The translations under genes and the position numbers were made by a program. From NCBI GenBank assembly GCA_965221905.1, contig OZ244922.1, positions 992,001-1,056,000 of the forward strand: DNA of 64,000 nt. The letters are read 5' to 3'. This DNA is from Chloroflexota bacterium (GTDB taxonomy: Bacteria; Chloroflexota; UBA11872; VXOZ01). Every line of letters begins with the position of its first letter. Positions within the stretch are counted from its first letter, which is position 1. The notes under the pieces were generated by a model. That model did not search any database, had not been told where the DNA came from, and was given only the letters and a program-made list of their open reading frames with translations. This document shows, in pieces, positions 51,108 to 62,450 of the stretch.

Positions 51108-52543
51108 TTGGCAACCCTAACAGGGACGATACACGACGCGACTACGGGCAACTCGCTGGCGGCGAAGGTCTCGGTGCAAAGCAGTCATGGCAGGTTCCTC
51201 GCGCCTGACAATAGCTTGGAGACCGTCGGCACGACGAATCCGTTCTTCTATTGCGACGGCACGTTCACACTGGAATGTCCGCGGGGACAGGTGGATGTGC
51301 ACGTGGAACGCGGCACGGAATATGCGCCGCTCCACATGACCGTTGATCTCCCGCTGCAAGGCTCCGTTAACTTAGAATTGCCTCTCCAGCGCTGGATTAG
51401 CCTGCCCTCTCAGGGTCTCTATCCCGGGAATACGCACATTCACTACCGCGAATTCGAGGCCCAACCGGAGGAGCGCCTGCGCTTCGATTCCACGGTAGAA
51501 GACCTCACCGTAACTATCGTCAGTGTGTTGCAGCGCCAAGAACTGGATTATGCGACCAATCGATTCCCCGTGGGCCGCATGGAGCATCCCACCGTGCCGG
51601 ACCATGTGCTGGACGTCGGTGAAGAGTCTCGCCACAATGCAACCCCGTGGGATATCGGCTACGGCCACGTGATGCTGGTGCGATTGCAGGAACAGGTCGA
51701 GCCGCTCAGTCGCGGCGTGCTAGTGGACGAATCGGCGCCGGACTATCCGCCGCTGATCGATGCGTGCGCTACGGCGCAGGAGCAGGGCGGCGTGACGATT
51801 TGGTGCCACAACGGCCAGGGAATGGAGGCGCCCATTGCCGCCGGACTGGGGCGTCTGGACGCTCTAAACCTCTTCGATCCCTATTGGTCGGACCCGGAGT
51901 ACGACCTTTGGTACCACTTGTTGAATTGTGGATTTCGCCTGCCGGTGAGTACCGGTTCGGATTGGTTCGTGTGCTCGGCGAACCGGGTGTACGTCCAGCT
52001 TGAAGACTCTTTCTCGTATGACACGTGGCTTAGCGGCCTCAAGAGCGGCGCCACGTTCATTACCAACGGCCCTGCGCTCACCCTGCGCGTTGCCGGCCAA
52101 CCGCCGGGACAGGTAGTGGATCTGAGCGCAAGCAGGTGAATACCTTTGTGCGGTGGCAGGCCCTCCGCCCGGTGCAGCGCATCGAGCTGGTCTGCAACGG
52201 AGAGGTGGTGGCGCGAGAGGAATGTGGCGAGGGCCTGCGGGAGGGTGTCTTACGCGCAAGACTGACAGTGCCCAACGATAGTTGGATCGCCGCCCGCTGC
52301 TGGGGACGGCAGCGCGATAGCTACGGCCACGCCCAATGGGCGCACACCAGTCCGGTCTACGTACAAGCGGGGGGACCGAATCCGGCGACCAGAGCCTCGG
52401 CCGAGTTTTTTGTGGAGAAAATCGAGAGCGCGATTACGTGGGTTTCCACGCAGGGCCGCTTCGACCACGACGACCAACGGCAACGTATGCTGGAAATTTT
52501 CAGCACGGGCCGCGAGCAGTACGCGCGCCTGGCACGCGGCTAG
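51108..52543 (+). pseudogene. CehA/McbA family metallohydrolase, split by a frameshift near 52130
   Basis: GNTHIH, GHV, WCH, TGSDW and FITNGP in 51108..52139; RIELVCNGEVV..SWIAAR..AHTSPVYV in 52136..52543, normally part of the same polypeptide. Confidence 0.75.
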
Positions 52544-52816
52544 ATTACGCACACAATACCTCGGCGTCCTCCGGCCGGAGTGCTGTAAACTGTCTCACTG
52601 CGGGCCGCCTGTCGCATCGTTCGCACTGCTATGTTCAGACTTCTGTTGAATGTTGTCGCATCCGCTGCTGGCGAACAACAAAAGGCAGGATGTGCGCCAT
52701 CATTTCCGGTAGCGCAGGTTTGCAACCTGCGGCCGCCCGGTGGCGAAGGAAGTGCAGCGGCGGAGTATGGATGTAGCGTGCCCTCTCTCTTGCGACTGCG
52801 TTGGGCTTGAGAGCGG

Positions 52817-53995
52817 CTACACGTCCTTGCGCCGGTCTTCCCAGGCGTTCCAGTAGAGTTCCTCAACTTCCTCCAGCGTTGGTTGGCGGGGATTGCTGGC
52901 GACGTTGGGGTCCTGGGAGCCGTTAGCGACGAGCTGTGGGAGCACTTGGGACAATTGCTCCTTGGTCACGCCCGCGTCTCGCAGAGAAGCGGGCAAGCCG
53001 ACTTGGGAACGCAGCGCGGCGAGAGCGTCGATGAGAGAGGCGATGGGCCTGTTGGAACTGTCGAGGCCAAGGCGTGCCGCTAGATCGGTGTACTGCTCCC
53101 AGGCCGCGCGCGCATTGTAGGCGACTATGTGGGGCAGCAGGATCGCATTGGCGCGGCCGTGGGGAATGCCGAAGGCCGGCGTGATCTGGTGCGATAGGGC
53201 GTGGCAGAGTCCCAAACCGGCCCGCATCGTAGCGCCGGCCATGGTTGCCGCCACGTGCATCTCAGCACGCGCTGGCGTATTTCCCGACTCCTGAACGGAC
53301 GCGGGCAAGTGCGCCATGACTGCGGCAATCGCCGCGCTCGCCAACGCTTGCGTCAGCCGGTGGGATTCCCGACAGGCGAAAGATTCGACCGCGTGCGCCA
53401 GCGCGTCGTAGCCGCTGTCCGCCGCCACGTGGGGCGGCATGGTGGCCGGCACGGCCGGGTCGAGAATAGCGGCTTCGGGCGGGCCGGTAAAGAGGATGCA
53501 CTTCACAGGGGGTTGTGCGCTATTGTCCGTAATCACTGCACCCCGCCCGATCTCCGAGCCGGTGCCGCTGGTGGAAGGAATGGCGATACAGGTCATTTGC
53601 CCGGCCTGTCGCGGCGGTGGATTGAAGCCCGCGGCAACCAGCTCCGGCACCGTAACATCGGGCGTCTCGCACGCGGCCCGGATAGTCTTGGTGACGTCTA
53701 GGGTAGAGCCCCCGCCCAGTCCGACGATCGTATCCGGCGCAAATTCCTCGGCGAGTTCCACGCCCGCGGCGCAGGTCTCCTGCGATGGGTCGGGCTCGAC
53801 GGCGTCGAAGACAGTCGTCGCTGCGCCCGCCTGGCGCGCCAGGCCGCACACCCGCTCGGTGAACCCCAATTCCGTCATCACCGGGTCCGCCACCACCATC
53901 ACCCGCTTGCCGCACAGCGTCGGCAGCACGTCTAACGCGCCATCCCCCAGGTGTATTTCGGTGGCAATCGAAAACGACTGGATCTCCACGAGCAC
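52817..53995 (-). CDS. iron-containing alcohol dehydrogenase
   Basis: GLGGGSTLD, IPSTSGTGSE, DALAHAVE, HALSH and HGRANA motifs. Confidence 0.93.
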   Translation of the reverse strand: MLVEIQSFSIATEIHLGDGALDVLPTLCGKRVMVVADPVMTELGFTERVCGLARQAGAATTVFDAVEPDPSQETCAAGVELAEEFAPDTIVGLGGGSTLDVTKTIRAACETPDVTVPELVAAGFNPPPRQAGQMTCIAIPSTSGTGSEIGRGAVITDNSAQPPVKCILFTGPPEAAILDPAVPATMPPHVAADSGYDALAHAVESFACRESHRLTQALASAAIAAVMAHLPASVQESGNTPARAEMHVAATMAGATMRAGLGLCHALSHQITPAFGIPHGRANAILLPHIVAYNARAAWEQYTDLAARLGLDSSNRPIASLIDALAALRSQVGLPASLRDAGVTKEQLSQVLPQLVANGSQDPNVASNPRQPTLEEVEELYWNAWEDRRKDV

Positions 53996-54413
53996 TGCTC
54001 CTTATGTTAGGAAGTGATAGCAAATTGCAAGCTGACAAGAGATTGGCAATTGCAGGAGGTTCCTTCTTCCAAGCTCAAAGTACCACCGCTGGTAGAATGT
54101 CCCACCTACGCCGTAGTATAAGGCAATCCTAATCTAGAGAATGAACTCATCAATTCGTGGGAATTCTGGCGATAGCGTGATATGTCTTTCGTGAATGGCC
54201 CACCAGTCCTTGGTCATCCACTGCTCAGCGAGTTCCCGCAGGCCGCGCCTGCTCTGGTACCATTGGATTAGTAAGAGTGTTGGGGAATGGTGTAGCTCTA
54301 GCCCGCCAAACTGCACGAACTAAAGACAGCGATCACCCAAACTACAAGCCACTGAATACTAGATTGCTTTCCCGCGCAAGCGGGAAGCCATCCCTTCACA
54401 ATAATGAATAGTC

Positions 54414-55775
54414 ATGATTACCTCGCTCCGCCTCGTTAACTTCAAGAACTTCGCCGATGAGACGCTTCACCTCGGCCCTTTTACCCTCATCGTGGGTGCC
54501 AACGCCAGTGGCAAGAGCAATATCCGCGATGCTTTTCGATTCTTGAACGGCGTCGGTCGTGGGTACGCCTTGGCGGAAACAATGGGTGGAAAGTATGGTG
54601 AAGGCGGCTATTGGGAATGGGCCGGTATTCGGGGCGCTCCAAATGAGATTATTCGCTTTGGCGGGGATGAGTTTTCTCTTGAGGTTGAACTGAATCCGAT
54701 GGTCTTGCACTTTGCTGATGTAACAGACATTCGGTATTGCATCCGATTACAATGTGACGACAAGCATGGTGGTCGGTTTCTAGTCGAATCTGAGTCTCTA
54801 ATCGCCTATGCTAGTACGCCCGATTCGCCATTTTCGGGAGTGCTGTATACAACCGATCCGCCCCTTGATAGCAACATGAGTGCGCAGCTTAGCGATTCCA
54901 AGCTGACTCTCCACTTGCCTGGGGCAAGCGAATCTATAGAAGCGGTTCCGGATCAACCTGGATTGAGCCAACTGCCGAAATCATTCTATGAGTATCTCAG
55001 GGCAAAAAATGCAGGAATCGAAATGGCCGAGTGGACTTATGACGATCCTGCCTGGTCTAAGGCCAGTTCGGGATGGCTAGAGGCCCAGCTTAAGCTCTCA
55101 AGGATGCGTTTCCTGGAGCTATCGCCGGATAGATTGCGACAACCAGCTCAGCCGGGCGCTACCAGATTGGGCGATTTAGGCGACAATCTACCCACAGTGC
55201 TCGAGGCCATTTGCGCTGATCCCCAGCGCAAGGGCGTTCTTCTTTCGTGGTTACATGAACTTACACCAATGGACGTAAGTGACCTGGAGTTTCCTGTAGA
55301 CCTCAATGGTAGGGTGAACCTCCGAATCCGGGAGGCGAATGGGCGAGCAGTATCTGCCTATAGTGCGTCCGATGGTACTCTCCGCTTTCTTGGCATGCTA
55401 GCTGTGCTGCTTAACGAAGACAATGATGGGCTATACTTTCTTGAAGAGATTGACAATGGCATTCATCCGGCGCGGCTGCACCTCTTGCTCGACCTCATTG
55501 AACGGCAGACCGCGAAGGGGAAGATTCAGGTTATTGCCACTACCCATTCGCCTGACGTTCTGAATCTTATCAACGACACGACCTTCGAGAATACCGTTGT
55601 GGTGTACCGCGACGAGCACGCGGCAGACGCCGTCATCCGGCGGGTGGCGGAGCTACCCAACGCCAGAAAACTACGGAAGTCCCAGGGCTTGGGACGCCTC
55701 CACAGCGGCGGTTGGATGGAGAACATACTTTCATTCACGAAGACGGATAGAGAAGATCAGAAGGGTGAAGAATGA
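54414..55775 (+). CDS. AAA_21-type ABC ATPase (OLD/PARIS AriA-like)
   Basis: NFKNF, GANASGKS, SDGTLR, LEEIDNGIHP and TTHSP motifs. Confidence 0.9.
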   Translation: MITSLRLVNFKNFADETLHLGPFTLIVGANASGKSNIRDAFRFLNGVGRGYALAETMGGKYGEGGYWEWAGIRGAPNEIIRFGGDEFSLEVELNPMVLHFADVTDIRYCIRLQCDDKHGGRFLVESESLIAYASTPDSPFSGVLYTTDPPLDSNMSAQLSDSKLTLHLPGASESIEAVPDQPGLSQLPKSFYEYLRAKNAGIEMAEWTYDDPAWSKASSGWLEAQLKLSRMRFLELSPDRLRQPAQPGATRLGDLGDNLPTVLEAICADPQRKGVLLSWLHELTPMDVSDLEFPVDLNGRVNLRIREANGRAVSAYSASDGTLRFLGMLAVLLNEDNDGLYFLEEIDNGIHPARLHLLLDLIERQTAKGKIQVIATTHSPDVLNLINDTTFENTVVVYRDEHAADAVIRRVAELPNARKLRKSQGLGRLHSGGWMENILSFTKTDREDQKGEE

Positions 55776-56326
55776 AAGCCCTCCTGATCCCGGAAGACTT
55801 CCGCAACGACCAGTATATTCTGAAGCCCATCTTCGAAGGGCTATTCAGAGATCTTGGGAGACCCTTCCTGCCCGTTGAGATGTGCCTTGAACCTTTGCTT
55901 GGCGGCGTTGGAGAGGCATTGAAATCGGAACGACTGAAGGAAATCGTTGAACAATACCCGACGGTTGACATCTTCATTCTGTGCGTTGATCGCGACGGCA
56001 AGAAAGGGAGGCGTCAAAGGCTCGACCAGATCGAAAGGGAGTTCGAAACCCCCTTCTTTGCGGAGAATGCTTGGGAAGAGATTGAAACCTGGCTCCTGGC
56101 GGGAGTGGAACTGCCTGCTGATTGGAATTGGAAGGAAGTCCGCGCGGAAGTCCACGTCAAGGAAACGTACTTTGACCCGTATGCTGCCGAGCGCGACTTA
56201 TCCGATGCGCCGGGCGGCGGACGAAAGAAATTAGGTCAAGAGGCTGCGCGCCGGATTGGCGCGATTCGGCAGAAGTGTCCCGAGGACTTCGACTGCCTTG
56301 CCCAGCGTCTTGAGGCTAAAGTCTAA
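55772..56326 (+). CDS. TOPRIM-like (DUF4276/RloB-like) protein
   Basis: N-terminal PED..ND, VDRD (DxD) and EEIETWLL; 4-nt overlap with the ATPase gene. Confidence 0.65.
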   Translation: MKALLIPEDFRNDQYILKPIFEGLFRDLGRPFLPVEMCLEPLLGGVGEALKSERLKEIVEQYPTVDIFILCVDRDGKKGRRQRLDQIEREFETPFFAENAWEEIETWLLAGVELPADWNWKEVRAEVHVKETYFDPYAAERDLSDAPGGGRKKLGQEAARRIGAIRQKCPEDFDCLAQRLEAKV

Positions 56327-56361
56327 AGGGGTGTTTGCAAAGAGGCGTAGGGCATCGTCGT

Positions 56362-56420
56362 CCGTTCGCCCTGAGCTTGTCGAAGGGTCGTTCATGCTTC
56401 GACAGGCTCAGCACGAACGG
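56362..56420. repeat. inverted pair of cttcgacaggctcag REP-like repeats
   Basis: ccgttcgccctgagcttgtcgaag ... cttcgacaggctcagcacgaacgg. Confidence 0.85.
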
Positions 56421-56521
56421 TTTTCATGGGCTTTGCAAACATCCTCTAAGGTAAAGCGCAAACAGAAGATGACACGGAATATCCCCGTATACTGTTTACG
56501 GTTTCGCTGAAAGGAATACTG

Positions 56522-58366
56522 ATGGCTACAACTACGCCACGCAGTGCTGCTTCTGAGCAAGTTATAACTGGAGAAAACGGCTTGCTGCGTGCGTCTACCC
56601 TTGCGGAATTGCAGGAGCAAGGGGTTGTGACGGCGACCGGGCAGGGGCATACCATTGCCGTGTTTTGGCATAACGAGCGCGCGTACGCCGTGGACAACCG
56701 CTGCCCGCACATGGGTTTTCCGCTGGCGCGCGGCATCTGCGAGGACGGCGTTCTGACCTGCTACTGGCACTATGCGCGTTTCGACCTCGATTCCGGTGGC
56801 GCGTTCGACATCTGGGCCGGGGACGTGCGCACCTATCCGGTAACCGTGCGTGAAAATGCCGTATATGTGGACCTGCGCGAGACGCAGAGCGCCGACGAAC
56901 GGTACGAACAGGAATTGCCGCGCCTGGAGAAGGCCCTGGAGCAGGGCATTGCGCTCAATCAAGCCAAGGCCGTGCTGGCCTTGGGCGACCTGAAGCCCGC
57001 GGACGCGACGAAGCAGATTGTCACTACCACTGCCGATTTCGGCCTGCGGCGGGGTTCCAGCCGCAATCCGGGCGGTTGGGGTGACGGTCTTACCATTCTC
57101 ACGGCCATGGCGAACCTGCAGCCGCTCTTCTTTGCGGAAGATCGGCCGCTTTCCCTTTACCACGGCACGCGCCGCGTGAGTACCGACGCCATGAGCCGAC
57201 AGGAGCGGATCATACTGGATCCGCTGCCAACGGCGGCGATTCCTGATGATAGATTGAAGCGTTGGTTCCGGGAGTACGTCGAAGTGCGCGACGCCGATGC
57301 GGCTGAGCGCACGCTGCGCACGGCGATTGCGGCGGGCTGGTCGCCGGAGCAGTTGCTCGACATGCTGGCCGCCGCTGGTACCGATCACTACTACCGTGAC
57401 TTCTCACACGTCATGGATACGCTGGCAAAGGCGGCAGAACTCTTGGACATCATCGGCTGGGAAAACGCCGCAGAGGTGCTCCCGGCGCTGACCAGCCAGT
57501 GGGCGCAGGCCACGCGTGAAGAGGAACGGAATGCCTGGCTTCGTCCCGAGAATCTCGTGGCGCTTGTGGAGGCGGCAGAGACCGAGCTTGATGACGCCGT
57601 TGATCTCACGGCGCAGCCCACAGGCGGCTGGAATGAGCGCCTTGTGGAGGCGCTGCTCGGCGACGATCCGCAGCACAGTATCGAGTCGCTGCTGACGGCG
57701 TTTCGTGCGGGTCTGGCCTTGGCTGACGGAGCGCAGGCGCTGGCGTATGCCGCGGCGTTGCGTCTTACGCGCTTTACCATCAGTAATGAGTTTGGAGATT
57801 GGGATACGGCGCTCCACCACTTTACCTACTGCGCTTCCCTTGTCCAGGTGGCCAAACGCGCACCGTCTATCGAGCTGGCGCGCGGCGTGCTCCACGGCGC
57901 GATGGTGGTGTATCAAGCGCGCTTCCTCAATATGCCTGCCGCGCGCCTGCCAGGTGCACGTGCGCTGGCGAAACTGCCTACGCACCCCACCGCTTTGCAG
58001 GAGCAACTCCTGGAATTCTGCGAGCGGCAAGGCGGCGTAGATGAGGCTGGCGCGATTACGTATCGGTATCTGACGCTCGGCCATGATCCGGCGGCGTTGG
58101 TCGCCACCCTCGGTCACGCCGTGCTCTGCGAAGACCCCGGCTTTCACGACTTTCAGATGCTGGAAGAAGGGGTGCGTCTGGCACAAGACTTGGCTGAGGC
58201 CGGCCATACCGAAGCCTCTTACCAGACGCTGGTCGCAATCGCCCGCTGGCAGGCGGCCCACGCCCCCACGCGCCGCGCCACCACGCAAACCTATACCATC
58301 GCGCGGCGCCTTCACCGAGGAGAAGCTGTGTACGCCGATTCCGCCGATGATGAGGGTGGGAATTGA
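56522..58366 (+). CDS. Rieske (2Fe-2S) domain protein with long helical C-terminal region
   Basis: NRCPHMG...TCYWHYARFDL Rieske motif. Confidence 0.88.
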   Translation: MATTTPRSAASEQVITGENGLLRASTLAELQEQGVVTATGQGHTIAVFWHNERAYAVDNRCPHMGFPLARGICEDGVLTCYWHYARFDLDSGGAFDIWAGDVRTYPVTVRENAVYVDLRETQSADERYEQELPRLEKALEQGIALNQAKAVLALGDLKPADATKQIVTTTADFGLRRGSSRNPGGWGDGLTILTAMANLQPLFFAEDRPLSLYHGTRRVSTDAMSRQERIILDPLPTAAIPDDRLKRWFREYVEVRDADAAERTLRTAIAAGWSPEQLLDMLAAAGTDHYYRDFSHVMDTLAKAAELLDIIGWENAAEVLPALTSQWAQATREEERNAWLRPENLVALVEAAETELDDAVDLTAQPTGGWNERLVEALLGDDPQHSIESLLTAFRAGLALADGAQALAYAAALRLTRFTISNEFGDWDTALHHFTYCASLVQVAKRAPSIELARGVLHGAMVVYQARFLNMPAARLPGARALAKLPTHPTALQEQLLEFCERQGGVDEAGAITYRYLTLGHDPAALVATLGHAVLCEDPGFHDFQMLEEGVRLAQDLAEAGHTEASYQTLVAIARWQAAHAPTRRATTQTYTIARRLHRGEAVYADSADDEGGN

Positions 58367-58454
58367 GATTAGGGACTTGGCTTTAGAGGTTGTACGGCTC
58401 ATCGCATGCTTGGCTGCGGAACCTAGCGCGTGAGCCGCATTGCTCTCGACTTAG

Positions 58455-58637
58455 GAGAAGAGGGCAGTCACAAGGACTGCGCCTACGGGGAAGAGAAGAG
58501 GGCAGCCACGAGGACTGCCCCTACAGCGGAAAGAGGAGGGCAACCACGAGGACTGCCCTGCGGCGGGAAGAAGAGGGCAATCACAAGGATTGCCCCTACG
58601 GGGAATAGAGGAGGGCAGTGACGAGGAATGTCCTTAC
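58455..58637. repeat. tandem array of 5 x ~38 bp REP-like units (gagggcanncacnaggantgcccctac)
   Basis: gagggca at 58460, 58498, 58536, 58573 and 58611. Confidence 0.85.
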
Positions 58638-58894
58638 AGCGATTTAGCGCAGGTTGCAAACCTGCGCTACCGGCTGCCTGGAATCTCTGCTTGCTCCACG
58701 TTTAGTATCCAAGCGCATGCCGCAAAGAGCGCTGGTAACCGTCTGCCTGCTAGCTTCAGTTCTCGTTCTCTATGAGTTGCATACGGTCTTTCGCTTCAAT
58801 AGTTAGTGGCAGGTACGTTAGAATAGATGGAAAGCGGGGCCGGATATGGGCTCGGCTCTGTGTACATTTGGTCGCTATAAAGTGAGAGACAGGT

Positions 58895-60322
58895 ATGGCT
58901 GGAAAGACGCTGTTTGAGAAGATTTGGGAGAGTCACCTGGTGCATGAGGAGCCGGGCGCGCCGGCGCTGCTCTACGTTGACTTGCACCTTGTGCATGAAG
59001 TTACGTCGGCGCAGGCATTCGAGGGGCTGCGGCTGAGCGGCCGAACCGTGCGACGGCCTGCCCTGACCGTAGCGACGGTAGACCACAACGTCCCTACGAC
59101 GAGTCGCACAGAGTCGATTGCCGACGACATTTCCCGCCGTCAAATCGAGACCATGGAGCAGAATGCGGCGGAATTCGACCTCACGTTCTATGGTTACCGC
59201 AACCCTAATCAAGGGATCGTGCACATCATTGGGCCGGAACTGGGTTATACGCAGCCCGGCAAGGTGATCGTCTGCGGCGATAGTCATACCTCTACCCACG
59301 GCGCGTTCGGGGCGTTTGCGCTCGGTATCGGCACCTCGGAGGTGGAGCACGTGCTCGCCACCCAGTGCCTGATACAGAAGAAACCCAAGACGATGGAAGT
59401 GCGGGTCGACGGCACGCTGCCCCAGGGCGTCACGGCCAAAGACGTAATTCTCGGTATCATCGGGCACATTGGGGTGGAAGGCGGCGTCGGCTATGTGATC
59501 GAATATACCGGTGAGGTTATTCGCTCGCTCTCCATGGAAGGCCGCATGACGGTCTGCAACATGTCAATCGAAGGCGGCGCGCGCGCCGGGATGATCTCGC
59601 CCGATGAGAAGACGTTTGAATACCTAAAGGGACGCAAGTATGCGCCGCAAGGAAGCGACTGGGAAGAGGCGCTCGCTCATTGGCAGACGCTGGCTACCGA
59701 TGCCGACGCTACCTACGATAGAGTCATAGAGATTGATGCCGCCACCCTCGTGCCCCACGTAACTTGGGGAACGAATCCCGGCCAGGTCGTTCCCATCACC
59801 GGCTCTGTGCCCAGTCCGGGAGAGATGGCGACACCGGAAGAGCAAGCCACTGCCGAGCGGGCGCTGACGTACATGGGATTGGAGCAGGGCACGCCCATCC
59901 AGGACATTCCTATTGACCGCGTCTTTCTGGGATCGTGCACAAATGCGCGGCTGGAAGACCTGCGAGCGGCGGCGGGCATTGTACGCGGCAAGCAGGTGCA
60001 TCCCAATGTGCGGGCGATGGTGGTGCCGGGCTCAACGATGCTGAAACAGAAAGCGGAATCAGAAGGACTTAACGAGGTCTTTCAGGCCGCGGGCTTCGAG
60101 TGGCGTGAGGCCGGTTGCTCTATGTGCTTGGGGATGAACCCGGATATTTTGGCACCCGGCGAGCGCTGCGCTTCCACCTCTAACCGCAACTTCGAGGGCC
60201 GCCAGGGCAAGGGCGGACGCACCCATCTCGTCAGTCCGCAGATGGCTGCCGCCGCCGCGATCGCAGGCCGTTTCGTGGACGTGCGCGAGTGGAAAGAAAA
60301 CGTGACGCGAGCATCTGAGTGA
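58895..60322 (+). CDS. leuC: 3-isopropylmalate dehydratase large subunit
   Basis: [32 protein letters not shown] and [12 protein letters not shown] motifs. Confidence 0.98.
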   Translation: MAGKTLFEKIWESHLVHEEPGAPALLYVDLHLVHEVTSAQAFEGLRLSGRTVRRPALTVATVDHNVPTTSRTESIADDISRRQIETMEQNAAEFDLTFYGYRNPNQGIVHIIGPELGYTQPGKVIVCGDSHTSTHGAFGAFALGIGTSEVEHVLATQCLIQKKPKTMEVRVDGTLPQGVTAKDVILGIIGHIGVEGGVGYVIEYTGEVIRSLSMEGRMTVCNMSIEGGARAGMISPDEKTFEYLKGRKYAPQGSDWEEALAHWQTLATDADATYDRVIEIDAATLVPHVTWGTNPGQVVPITGSVPSPGEMATPEEQATAERALTYMGLEQGTPIQDIPIDRVFLGSCTNARLEDLRAAAGIVRGKQVHPNVRAMVVPGSTMLKQKAESEGLNEVFQAAGFEWREAGCSMCLGMNPDILAPGERCASTSNRNFEGRQGKGGRTHLVSPQMAAAAAIAGRFVDVREWKENVTRASE

Positions 60323-60415
60323 AGTGCGCAGACCGAATCCGTAAACCATTAACGTGTAGGATGCGGGGCTGATATTAGCGCCCCTGCGAACTGTGACAAG
60401 ACTAAGGAAACAGGG

Positions 60416-61024
60416 ATGGAACCATTTGTAAAACATCTAGGCAAAGTAGCCGCGCTGGATCGAGCGAACGTCGATACGGACCAGGTCATTCCGAAGCAGT
60501 TCCTCAAGCGGATCGAACGCACGGGCTACGGGCCGTTTGCGTTCTTCGACTGGCGGTACTTCGAGGACGGCACTACCCCAAACCCGGAGTTCGAGCTTAA
60601 CGATGCGCGCTACACCGGCGCCACGATCCTTGTCACCGGCAGGAATTTCGGTTGCGGGTCATCGCGTGAGCACGCCGCTTGGGCGCTCAAAGAGTATGGA
60701 TTTCTGACGATCATTGCCCCCAGCTTTGCCGACATCTTTGCCAATAACGCCGTGGAGAATGGCATGCTTACGGTGGTCCTGCCGCCGGAAGACGTGGCTA
60801 CGCTCACGGAGCGCGCACAGAATATTGTCGACTACCGCATATCGGTGGACTTGGCAAATGCGACGGTCCAAGACGACCATGGTTTTGCGGCGTCGTTCTC
60901 GGTTGATGCTAACGTTCAACACCGGCTGCTCAACGGCCTGGACGCGGTAGGCCTGACCTTGCAGCAGGAAGGCGCCATTGCGGCTTTCGAAGGGCAACGC
61001 CCCGGCTGGCTGCGCGCGTCCTGA
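60416..61024 (+). CDS. leuD: 3-isopropylmalate dehydratase small subunit
   Basis: NVDTDQVIPKQFLK and NFGCGSSREHA motifs. Confidence 0.98.
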   Translation: MEPFVKHLGKVAALDRANVDTDQVIPKQFLKRIERTGYGPFAFFDWRYFEDGTTPNPEFELNDARYTGATILVTGRNFGCGSSREHAAWALKEYGFLTIIAPSFADIFANNAVENGMLTVVLPPEDVATLTERAQNIVDYRISVDLANATVQDDHGFAASFSVDANVQHRLLNGLDAVGLTLQQEGAIAAFEGQRPGWLRAS

Positions 61025-61454
61025 GGGCGGATTTGAGCGTAATCTGCGGTGAGTGGCCCTCCCCTCCGGCTTCGCGTTTAGGTTATCGATTCTTGCCCGG
61101 AAGGAATTGCGAGTTGCTTTGCTTTCAACCGCATATCTTTAAGGCCGAGCGCACAAACTAGATTCCTCGCTGCGCTCGGAGCAGGCGTTCTGCCGCACCG
61201 ACGACCTGGTAGAGGCACGACATGTCGTGCCCCTACGTGCCGCACAAGCCTTAGTCGGAATCCAGGACCCGAGATCTAAAACCTCGCTTCGCTTGGATTG
61301 ACTGCCTCTCGCGGCAAACAGAAGGCGGCCAAGCGTAGGGCGGGGGCTTGTCCCATGCTGATTAACGCGTATGCCGAACACTGATTCTTGTGCTCTCTTG
61401 CTGGCGGGGATCTAGATTCCTCGCTGTGCTCGGAATGACAGTGTGGTGGCGGTA

Positions 61455-62450
61455 TCAGTTTTGTGGCGGACGCAGCAGGGACGCGACCACCGATCCGCCT
61501 AGCAGCACCCCAACCACGGCTAGAGAGTAAAACGGCTGCTCGTGAAAGGCGGTTGCTATCACCTCGATTGTCTCGAGAACGGGGGTAAAGAGGTGATCTC
61601 CCTTCGGTACGCCGTGGAAATCGCCTACGACCATCTTGATGCCCACAAAGATGAGCACGAGACCGAGGCCCACACCGAGGTAGTGAAACCGGTCCATCAG
61701 GTTTGCGAGCAAGAAATAGAGGGCGCGTAGGCCGAGAATTGCAAAGATGTTCGCGGAGTAGACGATAAACGGTTCACGCGTGATGGCGAAGATCGCCGGT
61801 ACGGAATCCAAGGCGAAAACCACGTCGGTGACGTTTACGACGAGCAGCACGAGCAAGAGAGGCGTCGCCAGCCAGCGGCCGTCGAGCTTTACGATATAGC
61901 TCCCGCCGTGATAGTTGGCAGTGCTTGGAAGGACTTTGCGGAAGACGCGGACGGCGAGGTTACGCTCGGGATCGGTATCTTCGTCGCCCTTGAGCAGAAT
62001 GCGAATACCGGTATAGATCAGAAAGCCGCCAAAGACGAAGATCATCCAATGGAATGTAGCCAAAAGGGCGGCGCCGACAAGTATGAACGCGCCGCGCAGG
62101 ATGATTGCGGCAAGAATTCCCCAAAAGAGCACGTTGTAGCGATACTCGTTAGGCACCGCGAAATACGTGAAGATGATCAGAAAGACGAAGAGGTTATCGA
62201 CGCTGAGCGTCCACTCGATGAGGTATCCCGTAATGAATTCAGTGCCGCGTTCGGGCCCGGCAAAGATGAACATGCCTACGGCAAAAATAAGGGCAAGACT
62301 TACCCAAATGCCTACCCAGGTCGCTGACTCACGCGGCTTGATTACATGCGCGCCACGATGGAAAACCACCAAGTCGAGTACGAGCAAGGTCACGACGACG
62401 GCGGTGAATCCAATCCAGAGCAAGGGCGAGTTCAAAGTTCCGAACATCAA
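61455..62450 (-). CDS. TerC/Alx family membrane protein
   Basis: GYLIEWTLSVDNLFVF, DVVFALDSVPAI and NIFAILGLRALYF motifs. Confidence 0.95.
   Translation of the reverse strand: MMFGTLNSPLLWIGFTAVVVTLLVLDLVVFHRGAHVIKPRESATWVGIWVSLALIFAVGMFIFAGPERGTEFITGYLIEWTLSVDNLFVFLIIFTYFAVPNEYRYNVLFWGILAAIILRGAFILVGAALLATFHWMIFVFGGFLIYTGIRILLKGDEDTDPERNLAVRVFRKVLPSTANYHGGSYIVKLDGRWLATPLLLVLLVVNVTDVVFALDSVPAIFAITREPFIVYSANIFAILGLRALYFLLANLMDRFHYLGVGLGLVLIFVGIKMVVGDFHGVPKGDHLFTPVLETIEVIATAFHEQPFYSLAVVGVLLGGSVVASLLRPPQN

Noticed and set aside
54134-54316. 60-aa minus-strand ORF
   Set aside because: No recognisable motif or RBS; at most a gene remnant.
58455-58637. Possible CRISPR array
   Set aside because: The ~38-bp period leaves no unique spacers; these are degenerate REP units.
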